Shown here in pieces: positions 34,664 to 45,099 of a stretch of 64,000 nt of DNA (position 1 is its first letter; the number at the start of each line of letters is the position of its first letter). The DNA is taken from contig CAWDGL010000008.1 of NCBI GenBank assembly GCA_963801885.1, forward strand, positions 1,441,757 through 1,505,756, given 5' to 3'. The position numbers and the translations under genes were made by a program. Origin of the DNA: an uncultured Acidobacteriaceae bacterium. Its GTDB lineage: Bacteria > Acidobacteriota > Terriglobia > Terriglobales > Acidobacteriaceae. The notes under the pieces are model-generated. The model saw nothing but the letters and a program-made list of their open reading frames with translations, did not search any database and was not told the origin of the DNA.

Positions 34664-36418
34664 CTACTTCTGGGTATTCTCCGTCGGCGGCGTGTTGGTT
34701 AATGCTACTTTTTCTGCATTGCCGTTAGGAAATCGCGTCAGGTAGGGAAAAACGGGAGTGATCTGGAACTCCATTTTCTCGCGAGCGGAGATCAAGGCTA
34801 CCGGCTTGGCCTTGGACAATTCGGCGCGATCGGTCCACGGATCGACCTTGATGCGGCCGCCGAGAGGTAGCGCCGCAATCTGATCGAGGCGCTTGTCGTC
34901 GAGCGCGGGCGCCGTCGAAACTAAACTCGCCATGCGAACCGCACTGCCGGCAAAGCTGTTGCCCAGATGCGGTCGTATTAAATTCGGCAGGTCGGGCGCC
35001 TTTTCCTGCAAGGCTTTCAGAAATAATCCCGCATTGGCCAGCTTGTCTTTGTAGGGTGAGTTCTTGAGAAGTTCGAGCGCCTTGGTGTCGGCCGCTTCTT
35101 CGTCTGCGGAGTTGCGTTTGAAGTCGAGCCGGCGGAAAGAGTCCTGGTCGGGAAAGAATAATCTGTCGTTGAAGGCGAGCTGGGTATCGAAACTGTGTCC
35201 CAGTACGATGTGACTGAGTTCATGAGCCAGAACCATGGCGAGGGACGCTTCGTCGGGTAAAACATCGAGCAGTCCGCGGCTTATGACGATGGTGTGGCCG
35301 ATGGTGAAAGACTCCAGAGGAGCGGTCAACAATACTCGGCAGTGAATGTCTCCCTGCAAATCAATATTGTTGGTGACGAGGAGATTATTGACCACAGTCG
35401 CCAGGATTTTGTCCACATCGCCAGACGGAGCCAGCAGGCCAACCTTTTCCAGATGATCGACAGCATTTTCTTCCGCTTGCCGCTCCCACATGCGCTGGGC
35501 CATGACGGGAGTGGCGTCGGCGGCGGCGTCACTCTGATCTTTCACGGACTGCGGCGAATCGATAAGGATCTGCGTGAATTCTTCGTTGTTCCTGCCCAAA
35601 CCTTTTAGATCGTAGCCCCAGAGTCGAGTCTGCGCTTTGAAGTGCAGAGTCTTGTTCCATCCTGTCTTCAGGTTCGATTCTTCGGTATAGACATAGGCAG
35701 GCAGCCACGTTCCCGGGCGCATGTTCAGGCGCCAGCTGTCGAAGTGGAAGAAGAAATTGATCTTGGGCTGGGGATAATAAGTGCCGTTGAAGCGAACGAT
35801 GTTGTAATCCTGATCCTCCACCCAAATCCGTCCCATGAAACGGGCGACTTTCTGATTTGGCTTCGGTTTCACATCGATGACCAGACAACGAATCTCGCCC
35901 AGAAATTCGCGGCGTACAAAGCTGAAGTCGTAATACCTCTTCTGGAAGTCGGTATCCAGGACCACCATTTGCGCGAAGCCAAGAGGAAGAAAGTGCAGGG
36001 AGTAAGCTCCCGTCATCTTCTCGAGGACGCGCCGGCCGAATCCCGGCTGGCCCATGAACGAAACGTCTTCGGGACCATCGCTCAAGTCGAGGCGCCCAAG
36101 AAAATACTGGTCCTTCACTGGAAGCGGATTCCCGGTACTGTCGTTCTTCAGGTCTTGCAGGTAGGTCTCAACCATGGGATGCAAGTGGCGCATCTGGGCC
36201 ATGAAAAAGTGCTCGCGCTGCACCATGCGATTGAGCACGTCATTGAGCGTGACCGCGGCAGGGGGCTGGGGTTCGGAACTCTGAGCCGGCGCGACGGTCG
36301 CGGCTTCCGCGTTCGTGGGAGGCGATTGCGAGCTGGTGGCGGGAAGATCCTGAGCTTCGATCCCGCACACGAGACTCAGAACAAAAACCAAAACCGAGCC
36401 CAAACGAACCATTCGCAT
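34664..36418 (-). CDS. secreted M48 family zinc metallopeptidase
   Basis: HExxH motif LAHELSHIVLGH and signal peptide MRMVRLGSVLVFVLSLVCGIEAQ. Start is ATG 36418, or GTG 36442 which overlaps the upstream stop. Confidence 0.8.
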   Translation of the reverse strand: MRMVRLGSVLVFVLSLVCGIEAQDLPATSSQSPPTNAEAATVAPAQSSEPQPPAAVTLNDVLNRMVQREHFFMAQMRHLHPMVETYLQDLKNDSTGNPLPVKDQYFLGRLDLSDGPEDVSFMGQPGFGRRVLEKMTGAYSLHFLPLGFAQMVVLDTDFQKRYYDFSFVRREFLGEIRCLVIDVKPKPNQKVARFMGRIWVEDQDYNIVRFNGTYYPQPKINFFFHFDSWRLNMRPGTWLPAYVYTEESNLKTGWNKTLHFKAQTRLWGYDLKGLGRNNEEFTQILIDSPQSVKDQSDAAADATPVMAQRMWERQAEENAVDHLEKVGLLAPSGDVDKILATVVNNLLVTNNIDLQGDIHCRVLLTAPLESFTIGHTIVISRGLLDVLPDEASLAMVLAHELSHIVLGHSFDTQLAFNDRLFFPDQDSFRRLDFKRNSADEEAADTKALELLKNSPYKDKLANAGLFLKALQEKAPDLPNLIRPHLGNSFAGSAVRMASLVSTAPALDDKRLDQIAALPLGGRIKVDPWTDRAELSKAKPVALISAREKMEFQITPVFPYLTRFPNGNAEKVALTNTPPTENTQK

Positions 36419-36438
36419 AAGAACCTTCTGGGAATTAA

Positions 36439-37464
36439 TCACGCTAACTGGAAAATTATATGTAAGACAGCCGTCGAATCCGAAGGCTGGCCGTCTTTCA
36501 GCGCGGGCTTGAAGCGAATCTGCTCGGCGGCATGTACGGCTGCGTCATCCAGGCCGTGCCCAAGTCCGCGAACTATTTTCAAAACACGTAACTTGCCGGT
36601 CGCTTCCAGCATAACTTCGAGCAGCACCTCGCCCTCGATTCGCTGGTTGCGAGCCTCTTCCGTGTAGATGGGTACCGGCTTGGAAAGGATTTCCGCCGGA
36701 GTGATTTTCTGGGCGATGGCCGGACGCGATTGAACTGTAGGAGGAGCGGCGACATCGGCATCCCCGAATCCAGCTTGGCGTACCGTGCCACTAGTTGTAC
36801 GGGCAGTCGTGGCAACGCCATCGCCGAATCCTGTGCTGGCGACAACGCCGCGCGCTCCTTTGGCGCCGCCTGTGCCATTGCCATAACCCGGTCCGGTCGG
36901 CATATCGAAACCGCCCGACTGGGCAATATTTACGGCCTGGGTCTGACTCGCCTTTGCGGGCACGCCGTGGGGGTCGCCGAATCCGCCGGTCTGCACGTGT
37001 TGTGGGGCGCGATCAATAGTTTGCGGCGCAGAGCTTCCGGTTGAAAAAACGTTCGTACGGACAATCTGCTTTGGCACCACCGGAGCCATGGACGAAGGCA
37101 ATGGATCAAGTTTCCGGGCTTCCATCTTCACGGCGGGGGCGGGGGCAACTTCCATTTTCTTAGGTTGGGGCTGCGGAGCGGGTAAGCGCAGGGCAGCGGG
37201 AGGCGGATCGAGCCTTGCGACCATAATCGGTTTGGCAAGCTGTCTCTGGCGTTGGTGATTTACAGGGACCGGCGTGGGCACCAGCTCGACGGCGTGATAA
37301 TCGGGTTTTGGACGTTCAAGAATCTCGGGATGAAGAATTGGAATCCAGACAAAGACTGTGACCACAATGATTTGAATGCCGTAGCTCCACAGGAAGTCAG
37401 CCCACGGCATTTTCCACGGCGGGAGGGACGAGAACAGGCTTAATTCCTGGGACGATGACGCCAT
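36439..37464 (-). CDS. TonB family protein
   Basis: N-terminal TM, Pro-rich linker (PAPQPQPKKMEVAPAPAVK) and C-terminal TonB domain (KPVPIYTEEARNQRIEGEVLLEVML...IRFKPALKDGQP). Confidence 0.8.
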   Translation of the reverse strand: MASSSQELSLFSSLPPWKMPWADFLWSYGIQIIVVTVFVWIPILHPEILERPKPDYHAVELVPTPVPVNHQRQRQLAKPIMVARLDPPPAALRLPAPQPQPKKMEVAPAPAVKMEARKLDPLPSSMAPVVPKQIVRTNVFSTGSSAPQTIDRAPQHVQTGGFGDPHGVPAKASQTQAVNIAQSGGFDMPTGPGYGNGTGGAKGARGVVASTGFGDGVATTARTTSGTVRQAGFGDADVAAPPTVQSRPAIAQKITPAEILSKPVPIYTEEARNQRIEGEVLLEVMLEATGKLRVLKIVRGLGHGLDDAAVHAAEQIRFKPALKDGQPSDSTAVLHIIFQLA

Positions 37465-37793
37465 AAGCAGAAGTTAATGTTCCAGCAATATCCTTTACGG
37501 CTTCTTCCTTCGCCGCAATGAAGGGAAATCGGTACACCCGTTCAAAACAAAGTGTACTACGGCTCGCGGAAGCACGACAAAGGCCATTCAAGCAGTGAAG
37601 CCATGCCGACAACACACTTTAGGCTCAGGGGCTTACGGCAGAAACAGTCTACCCGCGCTCCTTTTTTGCGCCCTTCAATGCCAAAGCTACACGCTGTCAT
37701 GGATAGATTTCCATGCAGGGCAGCCGCAGCGGACATTTTGCCGTCCAGGTTTCAGCCGTGCATGTTCAACCGTGAGTGTTCAGGCGCGAACAT

Positions 37794-39152
37794 TCAGCAG
37801 TGAACGATCTTTGTGCTCTTAATTCCCTTGGTTGCATTGCGGGTGTCGACTACCAGTTGGGCCGCGTTCACGATGTCGGGATAATCGTAATCGGAATGGT
37901 CGGTCACGATGACAACGCAGTCATATTGACCCAAGTCTTTCAATTCAGCGCACTTCATTTGCAGATCGTATTTCCGTCCCTTGCCGATGAAAGGGAAATA
38001 GGGATCGTGGTAGCTGACCTGGGCTCCATCTTTTTGTAGAAGTTCAATGATGGTGAGAGAGGGAGATTCGCGCAAGTCGTCAATATCTTTTTTATAAGCT
38101 ACGCCCAGGATTAAAACCCGCGCGCCATTCACCGACTTTTTGTGGCGATTGAGCGCGCTGCCGACCGAAGCCAGAACGTGGTAGGGCATGTTGGTATTGA
38201 TTTCGCCCGCAAGTTCGATGAAGCGAGTGCGAAAATCCCATTCTTTCGCCTTCCACGAAAGGTAAAAGGGATCGACGGGAATGCAATGTCCTCCCAGACC
38301 GGGTCCGGGATAAAAGGGATGAAAGCCGAAGGGCTTGGTGGATGCAGCCGCAATCACCTCCCAGATATCGATGCCCATGCGCAGGCATAACAGCTTGAGT
38401 TCATTGACCAGCGCAATATTCACACAGCGATAGATATTCTCGAGCAGCTTGGTCATCTCCGCGGCGGCCGGGGACGACACCGGAACTGTTCGATTGAAAA
38501 TGGCGCCGTATAAAGCGCCGGCCAATTCCGACGCTTGCGGGTTTAATCCCCCAACCACTTTCGGAATGTCGCGGCGCGCGACCGTAGTATTGCCCGGGTC
38601 TTCCCGCTCCGGCGAAAATGCCACGAAAAATTCGTTGCCGGTCTGCGCCTGATCGCGGGCGGCTTTCAAACCATTCTTGTTTTCCTTCTCGAGAATGGGA
38701 ATCATCACTTCTTCGGTGGTGCCGGGGTACGTGGTGCTCTCGAGCACGACCAGCTGTCCAGCGCGCAAATGTGGAGCAATGGAGTGCGTCGTGTCGGTGA
38801 TGTAGCTCAGGTCGGGTTCGTGGTATTCGTTCAGCGGTGTAGGGACGCAGATGATGATCGCGTCCATCGCTTGGATTTGCGAATAGTCGGAGGTGGCAGA
38901 AAAGCCATTGGCCTTGGCTGCCTGAACCTCTTCGGGCGCGATGCGGTAGATGTAGGAACCGCCCTTGCCTAGGGTGTCTACTTTACGAGCGTCGATATCG
39001 AAGCCCGTCACGCGAAATTTCTGCTCACTGTATAAGAGCGCCAAGGGAAGGCCGACATAACCCATGCCAATGATGCCCACGCGGGCATCACGCTGTTGAA
39101 TTCTGTTCTTGAGTTGATCCAGAGACATACCTGCGGGCGAGTAAGTTGTCAT
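37794..39152 (-). CDS. nucleotide-sugar dehydrogenase (UDP-N-acetyl-hexosamine dehydrogenase type)
   Basis: Rossmann motif VGIIGMGYVGLPLA and catalytic-Cys motif GLGGHCIPVDP. ATG 39152 (MTTYSPAG...). Confidence 0.85.
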   Translation of the reverse strand: MTTYSPAGMSLDQLKNRIQQRDARVGIIGMGYVGLPLALLYSEQKFRVTGFDIDARKVDTLGKGGSYIYRIAPEEVQAAKANGFSATSDYSQIQAMDAIIICVPTPLNEYHEPDLSYITDTTHSIAPHLRAGQLVVLESTTYPGTTEEVMIPILEKENKNGLKAARDQAQTGNEFFVAFSPEREDPGNTTVARRDIPKVVGGLNPQASELAGALYGAIFNRTVPVSSPAAAEMTKLLENIYRCVNIALVNELKLLCLRMGIDIWEVIAAASTKPFGFHPFYPGPGLGGHCIPVDPFYLSWKAKEWDFRTRFIELAGEINTNMPYHVLASVGSALNRHKKSVNGARVLILGVAYKKDIDDLRESPSLTIIELLQKDGAQVSYHDPYFPFIGKGRKYDLQMKCAELKDLGQYDCVVIVTDHSDYDYPDIVNAAQLVVDTRNATKGIKSTKIVHC

Positions 39153-39551
39153 GAATTTTTCCGGGAAGAAGAATCGGAGGTGGAGAGCATGAAACCGCTT
39201 AAATTTTACCACGCGCAATTGAACTGGCTTTTCTGTGGAGAGTTATTTGCAGATATGTGCGAAAAGATTATTTGAACGGGCGCCATAGCCCCTGTGGAAA
39301 AAGGGGCAAAAATTATTCTTGCTTGAAGAGGTTGCTGTGGAAAAAAAGATTTGCTTCGCGATTTTGTTACAAACGCGCGTGAAAAGCCATGAAAGGGATT
39401 GACTCACAACGATACACAAGAATAGGATTCGGACGAACAGATGAACCAAGTTAGGAACGGTGATAGGGTGTTCGTTTGCAAGGAGTATTTGAATGGCGAC
39501 AGAGCTCCCGGCACCGTTATCCCCAGTTATCTCCGAGGGCGCAAGCGAATC

Positions 39552-40229
39552 ATGAGGGCTTTTTATTTGAAGAACCTGAGCTTTCTACTGGTTATTATTT
39601 TTTCCGCAATTATTTCTTCCAGTTTTGTTTCAGCGGCCGACCAACCTGCGGCCATGCTTTACAGTCACGGAACCGCGCTTCTGAATGGCGACAGCGTGGC
39701 GAGATCGTCGGCTATTTTCTCCGGCGACTTAGTGCAGACGAGTGCGGATTCCGTTGCCAACATCAATGCTGCCGGTTCCAGCGTTCTGGTGCTGAATGAT
39801 TCTCTCGTTCAATACCAAGGCAGCGCTCTTAAGTTGGAACACGGCGGAGTCACGATCTCCACCTCGAAATCTCTGGCCACACAGGCCGGAGGAGTGACGG
39901 TGTCGCCGGCGGCTGGGGTTTCGACGGAATTTGAAGTGAGAGATGTGGATGGCAGGGTGATGATCGCGGCGCGAAAAGGCGATCTGACCGTCAGCGATGG
40001 GACGGGAACAACCACGCTTTCACAAGGGCAGGAAACCACGCGAGACGATTCGCAGCAGACGGACGAGCAAAAAAAGAAAAAGAACCGAAGAGTAGCAGCC
40101 GCAGTTGTTCCGGCTTGGGGCGGCGCTCTCGACTCTCCCTGGGCAGTTGGAATTGCCGGCGGCATCGTGATCGGCGGCACTGCGTGGGTTCTGCTGCAGA
40201 ATGAAAATCCGGCTAGTCCATCCCAGTAG
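39552..40229 (+). CDS. hypothetical secreted protein with C-terminal membrane anchor (FecR-like beta region?)
   Basis: ATG 39552. Signal peptide (LLVIIFSAIISSSFVSAADQ), a Ser/Thr/Gly-rich beta-type region, a KKKKNRR stretch, then TM WAVGIAGGIVIGGTAWVLL. Confidence 0.55.
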   Translation: MRAFYLKNLSFLLVIIFSAIISSSFVSAADQPAAMLYSHGTALLNGDSVARSSAIFSGDLVQTSADSVANINAAGSSVLVLNDSLVQYQGSALKLEHGGVTISTSKSLATQAGGVTVSPAAGVSTEFEVRDVDGRVMIAARKGDLTVSDGTGTTTLSQGQETTRDDSQQTDEQKKKKNRRVAAAVVPAWGGALDSPWAVGIAGGIVIGGTAWVLLQNENPASPSQ

Positions 40230-40233
40230 GCAT

Positions 40234-41409
40234 TTACCGCAAGATCAAGTTGGCCTCGGCAGAAAAATCCATCGCGGCAAAATCCTTCAACAGAAATTTC
40301 GGATACGCCGCGGCAGCGATCATGGCGGCATTGTCCGTCGACAGCGGACGCGAGGGGAAGTACACGGGCAGTCCTTCTTTCGCGGCCTCGCGTTCAAAAG
40401 TTTGCCGCAATTCCTGATTCGCCGCAACTCCTCCAGTGACGAACAGCGTCGCCACATCGTAAGCTCGCGCCGCTGCCAAAGTTCTTGCCACCAAATCTTC
40501 CACAATTGCGCGTTGGAAGGACGCCACTAAGTCGAGAGTGAGCTTGTCGCAGTGAGCGAGATAGTCCTCGAGCTTCGGTTTCGCAACTTCCATCAATGCC
40601 TGTCGTCGCGCTTCCACCGAGGTACGCATCTGATGTGCTTCGACATAACGCAGAATCGCGGTCTTGATGCCACTGTAGGAAAAATCGAAGCGCGGACCGG
40701 CGTGTTCAGAGCTCAGATCTTTAGCGCTCAGATCTTTGCCATCGTTCCTGCCGCGGCGATCGGGATGCTTGATTTGTGCTGGAGGAAAGTTCACGGCTCT
40801 CGGGTCGCCATAGGGCGCGAGCCGATCAATGACCGGCCCGCCCGGATAGCCCAGACCCAGAAGCTTGGCAACCTTGTCGAATGCTTCTCCAGCAGCGTCG
40901 TCGCGAGTGTGGCCGATATTTTCGTAAGTCCACGAAGAAGCATTTTGTGCAGCAAGATAGAGATGAGTGTGTCCGCCGGAAACGACCAAGGCCAGAACTG
41001 GAAATTGCAATGCGTGATTGCCTTTCTGCCGTTCTTCCAGGAGCACGGCATGAATGTGGCCTTCGAGATGGTTGACCGCGATCAGCGGTTTATCGAGGGC
41101 GAAGGCCAGCGCTTTGGCGTAACTGATGCCGACCAGGAGCGCGCCGGCAAGGCCGGGTCCTTGTGTGACTGCGATTGCATCGATGGAATCGTAGGTGCGA
41201 TGGGCCTGCTCCAGCGCCTGGCGCACTACGGGCACAATAGCCCGCAGATGCTCACGCGAAGCCAGTTCCGGAACCACTCCGCCATAGGGCTGGTGCGTCG
41301 CGATTTGCGAAGCGACAACATTTGAAATCAGTTGCTCGCCCGAGCGCACCACTGCCGCCGCGGTCTCGTCGCAGGAACTTTCAATGCCGAGAATGTAAGA
41401 GTCAGACAT
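40234..41409 (-). CDS. tsaD: tRNA N6-adenosine threonylcarbamoyltransferase TsaD
   Basis: ILGIESSCDETAAAV, AVNHLEGHI, VSGGHT. ATG 41409. Contains an extra charged loop with a KDLSA duplication. Confidence 0.9.
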   Translation of the reverse strand: MSDSYILGIESSCDETAAAVVRSGEQLISNVVASQIATHQPYGGVVPELASREHLRAIVPVVRQALEQAHRTYDSIDAIAVTQGPGLAGALLVGISYAKALAFALDKPLIAVNHLEGHIHAVLLEERQKGNHALQFPVLALVVSGGHTHLYLAAQNASSWTYENIGHTRDDAAGEAFDKVAKLLGLGYPGGPVIDRLAPYGDPRAVNFPPAQIKHPDRRGRNDGKDLSAKDLSSEHAGPRFDFSYSGIKTAILRYVEAHQMRTSVEARRQALMEVAKPKLEDYLAHCDKLTLDLVASFQRAIVEDLVARTLAAARAYDVATLFVTGGVAANQELRQTFEREAAKEGLPVYFPSRPLSTDNAAMIAAAAYPKFLLKDFAAMDFSAEANLILR

Positions 41410-41520
41410 GTTTGCTCTCAGTTTATCGTTTTTTGGGCGACGTTCGACCACTCGCTATCAAGATACTGTCGAGCAGGTGAGAGGTATTATTGGAATGGGA
41501 TTTCATTCAAAATCCGTTTT

Positions 41521-42876
41521 ATGTTGAAAGATTTTTCAACCTCGATCATCCAAGCCCTGCGCCAGCGCGGCTTTCAAGCTTATCTGGTGGGTGGATGCGT
41601 GCGCGATCTGCTGCTCGGGCGCGAGCCGAAGGATTATGACGTAGCGACGAACGCGACGCCTGAACAGGTGATGAGCATTTTCCCTGAGACCTATGCGGTT
41701 GGCGCGCAGTTCGGCGTGGTACTGGTGCCTGCGCCGGAGGGAGACGTTGCGAGCAACGTCTCTACGGAAAGTTCTTCGAAGTCTCACGCAGTTGAAGTCG
41801 CCACGTTTCGCAGCGATGTCAGCTACTCCGACGGTCGCCATCCCGACGAAGTACGATTCAGTCTCGATCCGCGGGAAGATGTGGCCCGCCGGGATTTCAC
41901 GATCAACGGCATGATGCTCGATCCTATCAGCGGGGAAGTCTTCGACTTCGTGGGTGGGCGCAAGGATCTGAAAGCGGGAATCGTCCGGGCTATCGGCGAT
42001 CCCGAACGACGCTTTGGCGAAGACAAGTTGCGCATGCTGCGTGCAGTGCGGTTTGCCGCGCGTTTCGAATACGCAATTGAGCCGTCGACTTTTTCAGCAA
42101 TCCAGACACTCGCCGATCAGATCCATGTCGTCTCGCGCGAACGCGTGCGCGACGAACTGTCCCGCATGTTAACCGAAGGCCACGCCCGGCGTGCGTTTCT
42201 CTTGTTGGATGAAAGCGGATTGCTCAAGCCAATTCTGCCGGAAATTTCGGCGATGAAGGAAGTTGAGCAACCGCGCGAGTTTCATCCCGAGGGCGATGTG
42301 TTTGTGCATACGCTGCTTGTGCTCGACAACTTGCCGAATCCATGTCCAATGACGCTGGCCTGGGGAGCGCTGCTGCACGATGTGGGTAAGCCTCCGACTT
42401 TTCGCGTCGCTCCGGACCGCATCCGCTTTGATAATCACGTTGAAGTGGGCGTGAAAATGGCGGAGGAAATCTGCCGGCGGTTGCGATTCTCCAAAAACGA
42501 TACCGAACAAATTCTGGCCTTGGTCGACAACCACATGCGCTTTGGCCACGCGACTCGCATGAAGGAATCCACGCTAAAGAGATTTCTTCGCATGCCCAGG
42601 TTCGATGAGCATCTTGCGTTGCATCGCGCCGATTGCCTGGCCAGTCACGGAAACTTGAGTACTTATGAAATGATCCAGCAAAAACGTGCCGAGATTCCTG
42701 CCGCGACAATGCGTCCTTCTCCGCTGGTCACGGGCGACGATTTGATTGCCGATGGCCGCATTCCCGGGCCGAAGTTCCGTGAAATTCTCGGCGCGGTGGA
42801 AGATGCGCAACTTGAAGGACGGTTGCTTTCACGGGATGCCGCGCTGGACTTCGTGCGCCGCGAATTTCCGTTGTAG
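41521..42876 (+). CDS. cca: CCA-adding tRNA nucleotidyltransferase with HD domain
   Basis: ATG 41521. GGCVRDLLLGREPKDYDVAT head motif, RRDFTINGM, and HD motif LLHDVGK. Confidence 0.85.
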   Translation: MLKDFSTSIIQALRQRGFQAYLVGGCVRDLLLGREPKDYDVATNATPEQVMSIFPETYAVGAQFGVVLVPAPEGDVASNVSTESSSKSHAVEVATFRSDVSYSDGRHPDEVRFSLDPREDVARRDFTINGMMLDPISGEVFDFVGGRKDLKAGIVRAIGDPERRFGEDKLRMLRAVRFAARFEYAIEPSTFSAIQTLADQIHVVSRERVRDELSRMLTEGHARRAFLLLDESGLLKPILPEISAMKEVEQPREFHPEGDVFVHTLLVLDNLPNPCPMTLAWGALLHDVGKPPTFRVAPDRIRFDNHVEVGVKMAEEICRRLRFSKNDTEQILALVDNHMRFGHATRMKESTLKRFLRMPRFDEHLALHRADCLASHGNLSTYEMIQQKRAEIPAATMRPSPLVTGDDLIADGRIPGPKFREILGAVEDAQLEGRLLSRDAALDFVRREFPL

Positions 42877-42963
42877 CGTGCTGTGAGTGGGCGCTGAGTT
42901 GCAACGCCAACAATGATAAACTTCACAGCTAGATTTCTGCGCTCGTGAAAAAAGGATCCGTGC

Positions 42964-43266
42964 ATGGAGCAGGCAGGCTCAGGACTGGAAAAAATTGTGG
43001 CGCAGTCGTTGCGCCAAGCGCCTCCAGGCGAGGCTCCCTTGATGGCCTGGCCGATCGTGTGCGGCTCAACCGTTGCGGAACGCACTCGCGCTATAAGTTT
43101 TGCGGATGGAGTGTTGCGGGTGGAGGTCAACGGACAAAGATGGAAAGCCGAGCTGCAGCAACTCGCGCCACGCTATCTCGCGCTCATCAATCGATATACC
43201 GCCCAGGCGGTTCGTAAGATCGAGTTTGTGGCAACGCCTTCAGAAAACGCAAACAATCTCCGCTGA
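42964..43266 (+). CDS. DUF721 (DciA-like) domain protein
   Basis: WPIVCGSTVAERTRAISFADGVLRVEVNGQRWKAELQQLAPRYLALINRY matches the DUF721 pattern as I recall it. Confidence 0.7.
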   Translation: MEQAGSGLEKIVAQSLRQAPPGEAPLMAWPIVCGSTVAERTRAISFADGVLRVEVNGQRWKAELQQLAPRYLALINRYTAQAVRKIEFVATPSENANNLR

Positions 43267-43297
43267 GCTTCAATAAGAATTCAGCTTCTTTTACTTC

Positions 43298-43636
43298 ATG
43301 AAAGTCACCGACAAAGACGTTGCGTACGTCGCGGAGTTGGCCAACCTGGAACTCAGCGAGAAAGAGCGCGATGGAATGCTGCGCGACTTGAATTCCATTC
43401 TCGAGTATATCGACCGGCTCAACGAACTCGACACATCCGATGTGCCGCCAATGGCGCAGGTTTCCGATCGCTGCCGAGTGGATGAAGCGCAGCAGGGAAG
43501 CGTTCGCTTCAGCTACGCGAGCCGCGAGGATGTTCTTGAAGGACTGCGCAAGTCGCTGCCGCCTGACGAAGCGCTGGCAAACGCGCCCGACGCGGATGGC
43601 GAGTTTTTCAGAGTTCCCAAAGTAATTGAGCGTTAG
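43298..43636 (+). CDS. gatC: Asp/Glu-tRNA amidotransferase subunit C
   Basis: VAELANLELSEKERDGMLRDLNSILEYIDRLNELDTSDVPPM. Immediately upstream of gatA. Confidence 0.85.
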   Translation: MKVTDKDVAYVAELANLELSEKERDGMLRDLNSILEYIDRLNELDTSDVPPMAQVSDRCRVDEAQQGSVRFSYASREDVLEGLRKSLPPDEALANAPDADGEFFRVPKVIER

Positions 43637-43663
43637 AACGCAGGCAACATTCATTCAAGCTAA

Positions 43664-45094
43664 ATGGATCTGAAATCACTCACGATCGATGCGGCCCGTA
43701 GCGCCGTGCAGGAACGCAAGACGACAGCGTTCGCGCTGGCGGAGGCGCACTACGCTCGCATCCAGCAGGAAGACGGCCAGATTGGCGCATTCCTGACACT
43801 GTCGAAAGAGCGCGCTCTCGAGCAGGCGGACCGCATCGACCGCATGGCGGCCGAGGGAAAACCACTGCCGGCATTGGGCGGCGTACCGGTTGGGATCAAG
43901 GACGTCATGAGCACGCGCGGGGTGCGCACCACTGCGGGATCGAAAAGTTTGGAAAAATATATTCCGCCTTTTGATTGCACGGCCGTTGCCCGCATGGAAG
44001 CGGCGGGCGCCGTCGTGCTCGGCAAAATGAACTGCGACGAGTTTGCCATGGGCTCGTCGAATGAAAACTCTGCATATCATCCGGTGCGCAACCCGCACGA
44101 CTTGAGTCGCGTGCCCGGCGGATCTTCCGGCGGTTCGGCGGCTGCGGTCGCCGCCGACCTGGCTGTCGTTACGCTGGGCTCGGATACTGGAGGATCGATT
44201 CGGCAACCTGCGTCGTTCTGCGGTGTGGTCGGACTCATGCCGACCTACGGCCGCGTTTCGCGCTATGGGCTGATTGCGTTTGCATCCTCGCTCGACCACA
44301 TTGGTCCGCTGGCGAAAACCGTGAAAGATGCGGCGATTGTGCTGCACACCATTGCCGGACGCGATCCCATGGATTCGACTTCGGCTGATGTCCCGGTGCC
44401 CGATTACGTTGCGGAACTGGAGAAGCCAGTGCGCGGAATGAAGCTTGGCGTCGCCAAAGAATATTTTGGCGAAGGCCTTGACGATGAAGTGCGGCAGGCG
44501 GTGGAAGCAGCCATCGACAAGCTGAAGGCGCAGGGCTGCGAAGTTATTCCCGTTTCGCTGCCGCATACGGCCTATGCGATTCCAACGTATTACTTGATTG
44601 CTACAGCAGAAGCATCGGCAAACCTGGCCCGTTACGATGGCGTACGCTATGGCCGGCGCGCGCACGGAGTGAAGACGTTGTCGGAGATGTATCGTCGCAG
44701 CCGCGACGAGGGTTTCGGAGCAGAAGTGAAGCGGCGCATCATGCTCGGAACCTATGCGCTGAGCGCGGGCTACTATGATGCCTACTACTTGAAGGCACAA
44801 AAGGTACGAACGCTGTTGACGCGCGACTTCGATGAAGCGTTTCGCAAAGTGGATGCGATTGTCACGCCGACGAGTCCGACAGCTGCGTTTCGGCTGGGCG
44901 AAAAATCAAATGATCCGCTGGCCATGTACCTGGCCGATATCTATACCGTGACCGCCGATCTGGCGGGCATTCCGGGAATTTCAGTGCCGTGCGGTGAAAC
45001 GAAAGACAAGTTGCCGATCGGGCTACAGATTTTGGGCAAGCATTTTGATGAGTCAACAATTTTGCGGCTGGCACATGCGCATGAACAAGCGTGA
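43664..45094 (+). CDS. gatA: Asp/Glu-tRNA amidotransferase subunit A
   Basis: Amidase signature [13 protein letters not shown]...[12 protein letters not shown]. 476 aa. Confidence 0.92.
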   Translation: MDLKSLTIDAARSAVQERKTTAFALAEAHYARIQQEDGQIGAFLTLSKERALEQADRIDRMAAEGKPLPALGGVPVGIKDVMSTRGVRTTAGSKSLEKYIPPFDCTAVARMEAAGAVVLGKMNCDEFAMGSSNENSAYHPVRNPHDLSRVPGGSSGGSAAAVAADLAVVTLGSDTGGSIRQPASFCGVVGLMPTYGRVSRYGLIAFASSLDHIGPLAKTVKDAAIVLHTIAGRDPMDSTSADVPVPDYVAELEKPVRGMKLGVAKEYFGEGLDDEVRQAVEAAIDKLKAQGCEVIPVSLPHTAYAIPTYYLIATAEASANLARYDGVRYGRRAHGVKTLSEMYRRSRDEGFGAEVKRRIMLGTYALSAGYYDAYYLKAQKVRTLLTRDFDEAFRKVDAIVTPTSPTAAFRLGEKSNDPLAMYLADIYTVTADLAGIPGISVPCGETKDKLPIGLQILGKHFDESTILRLAHAHEQA

Positions 45095-45099
45095 CGCCA

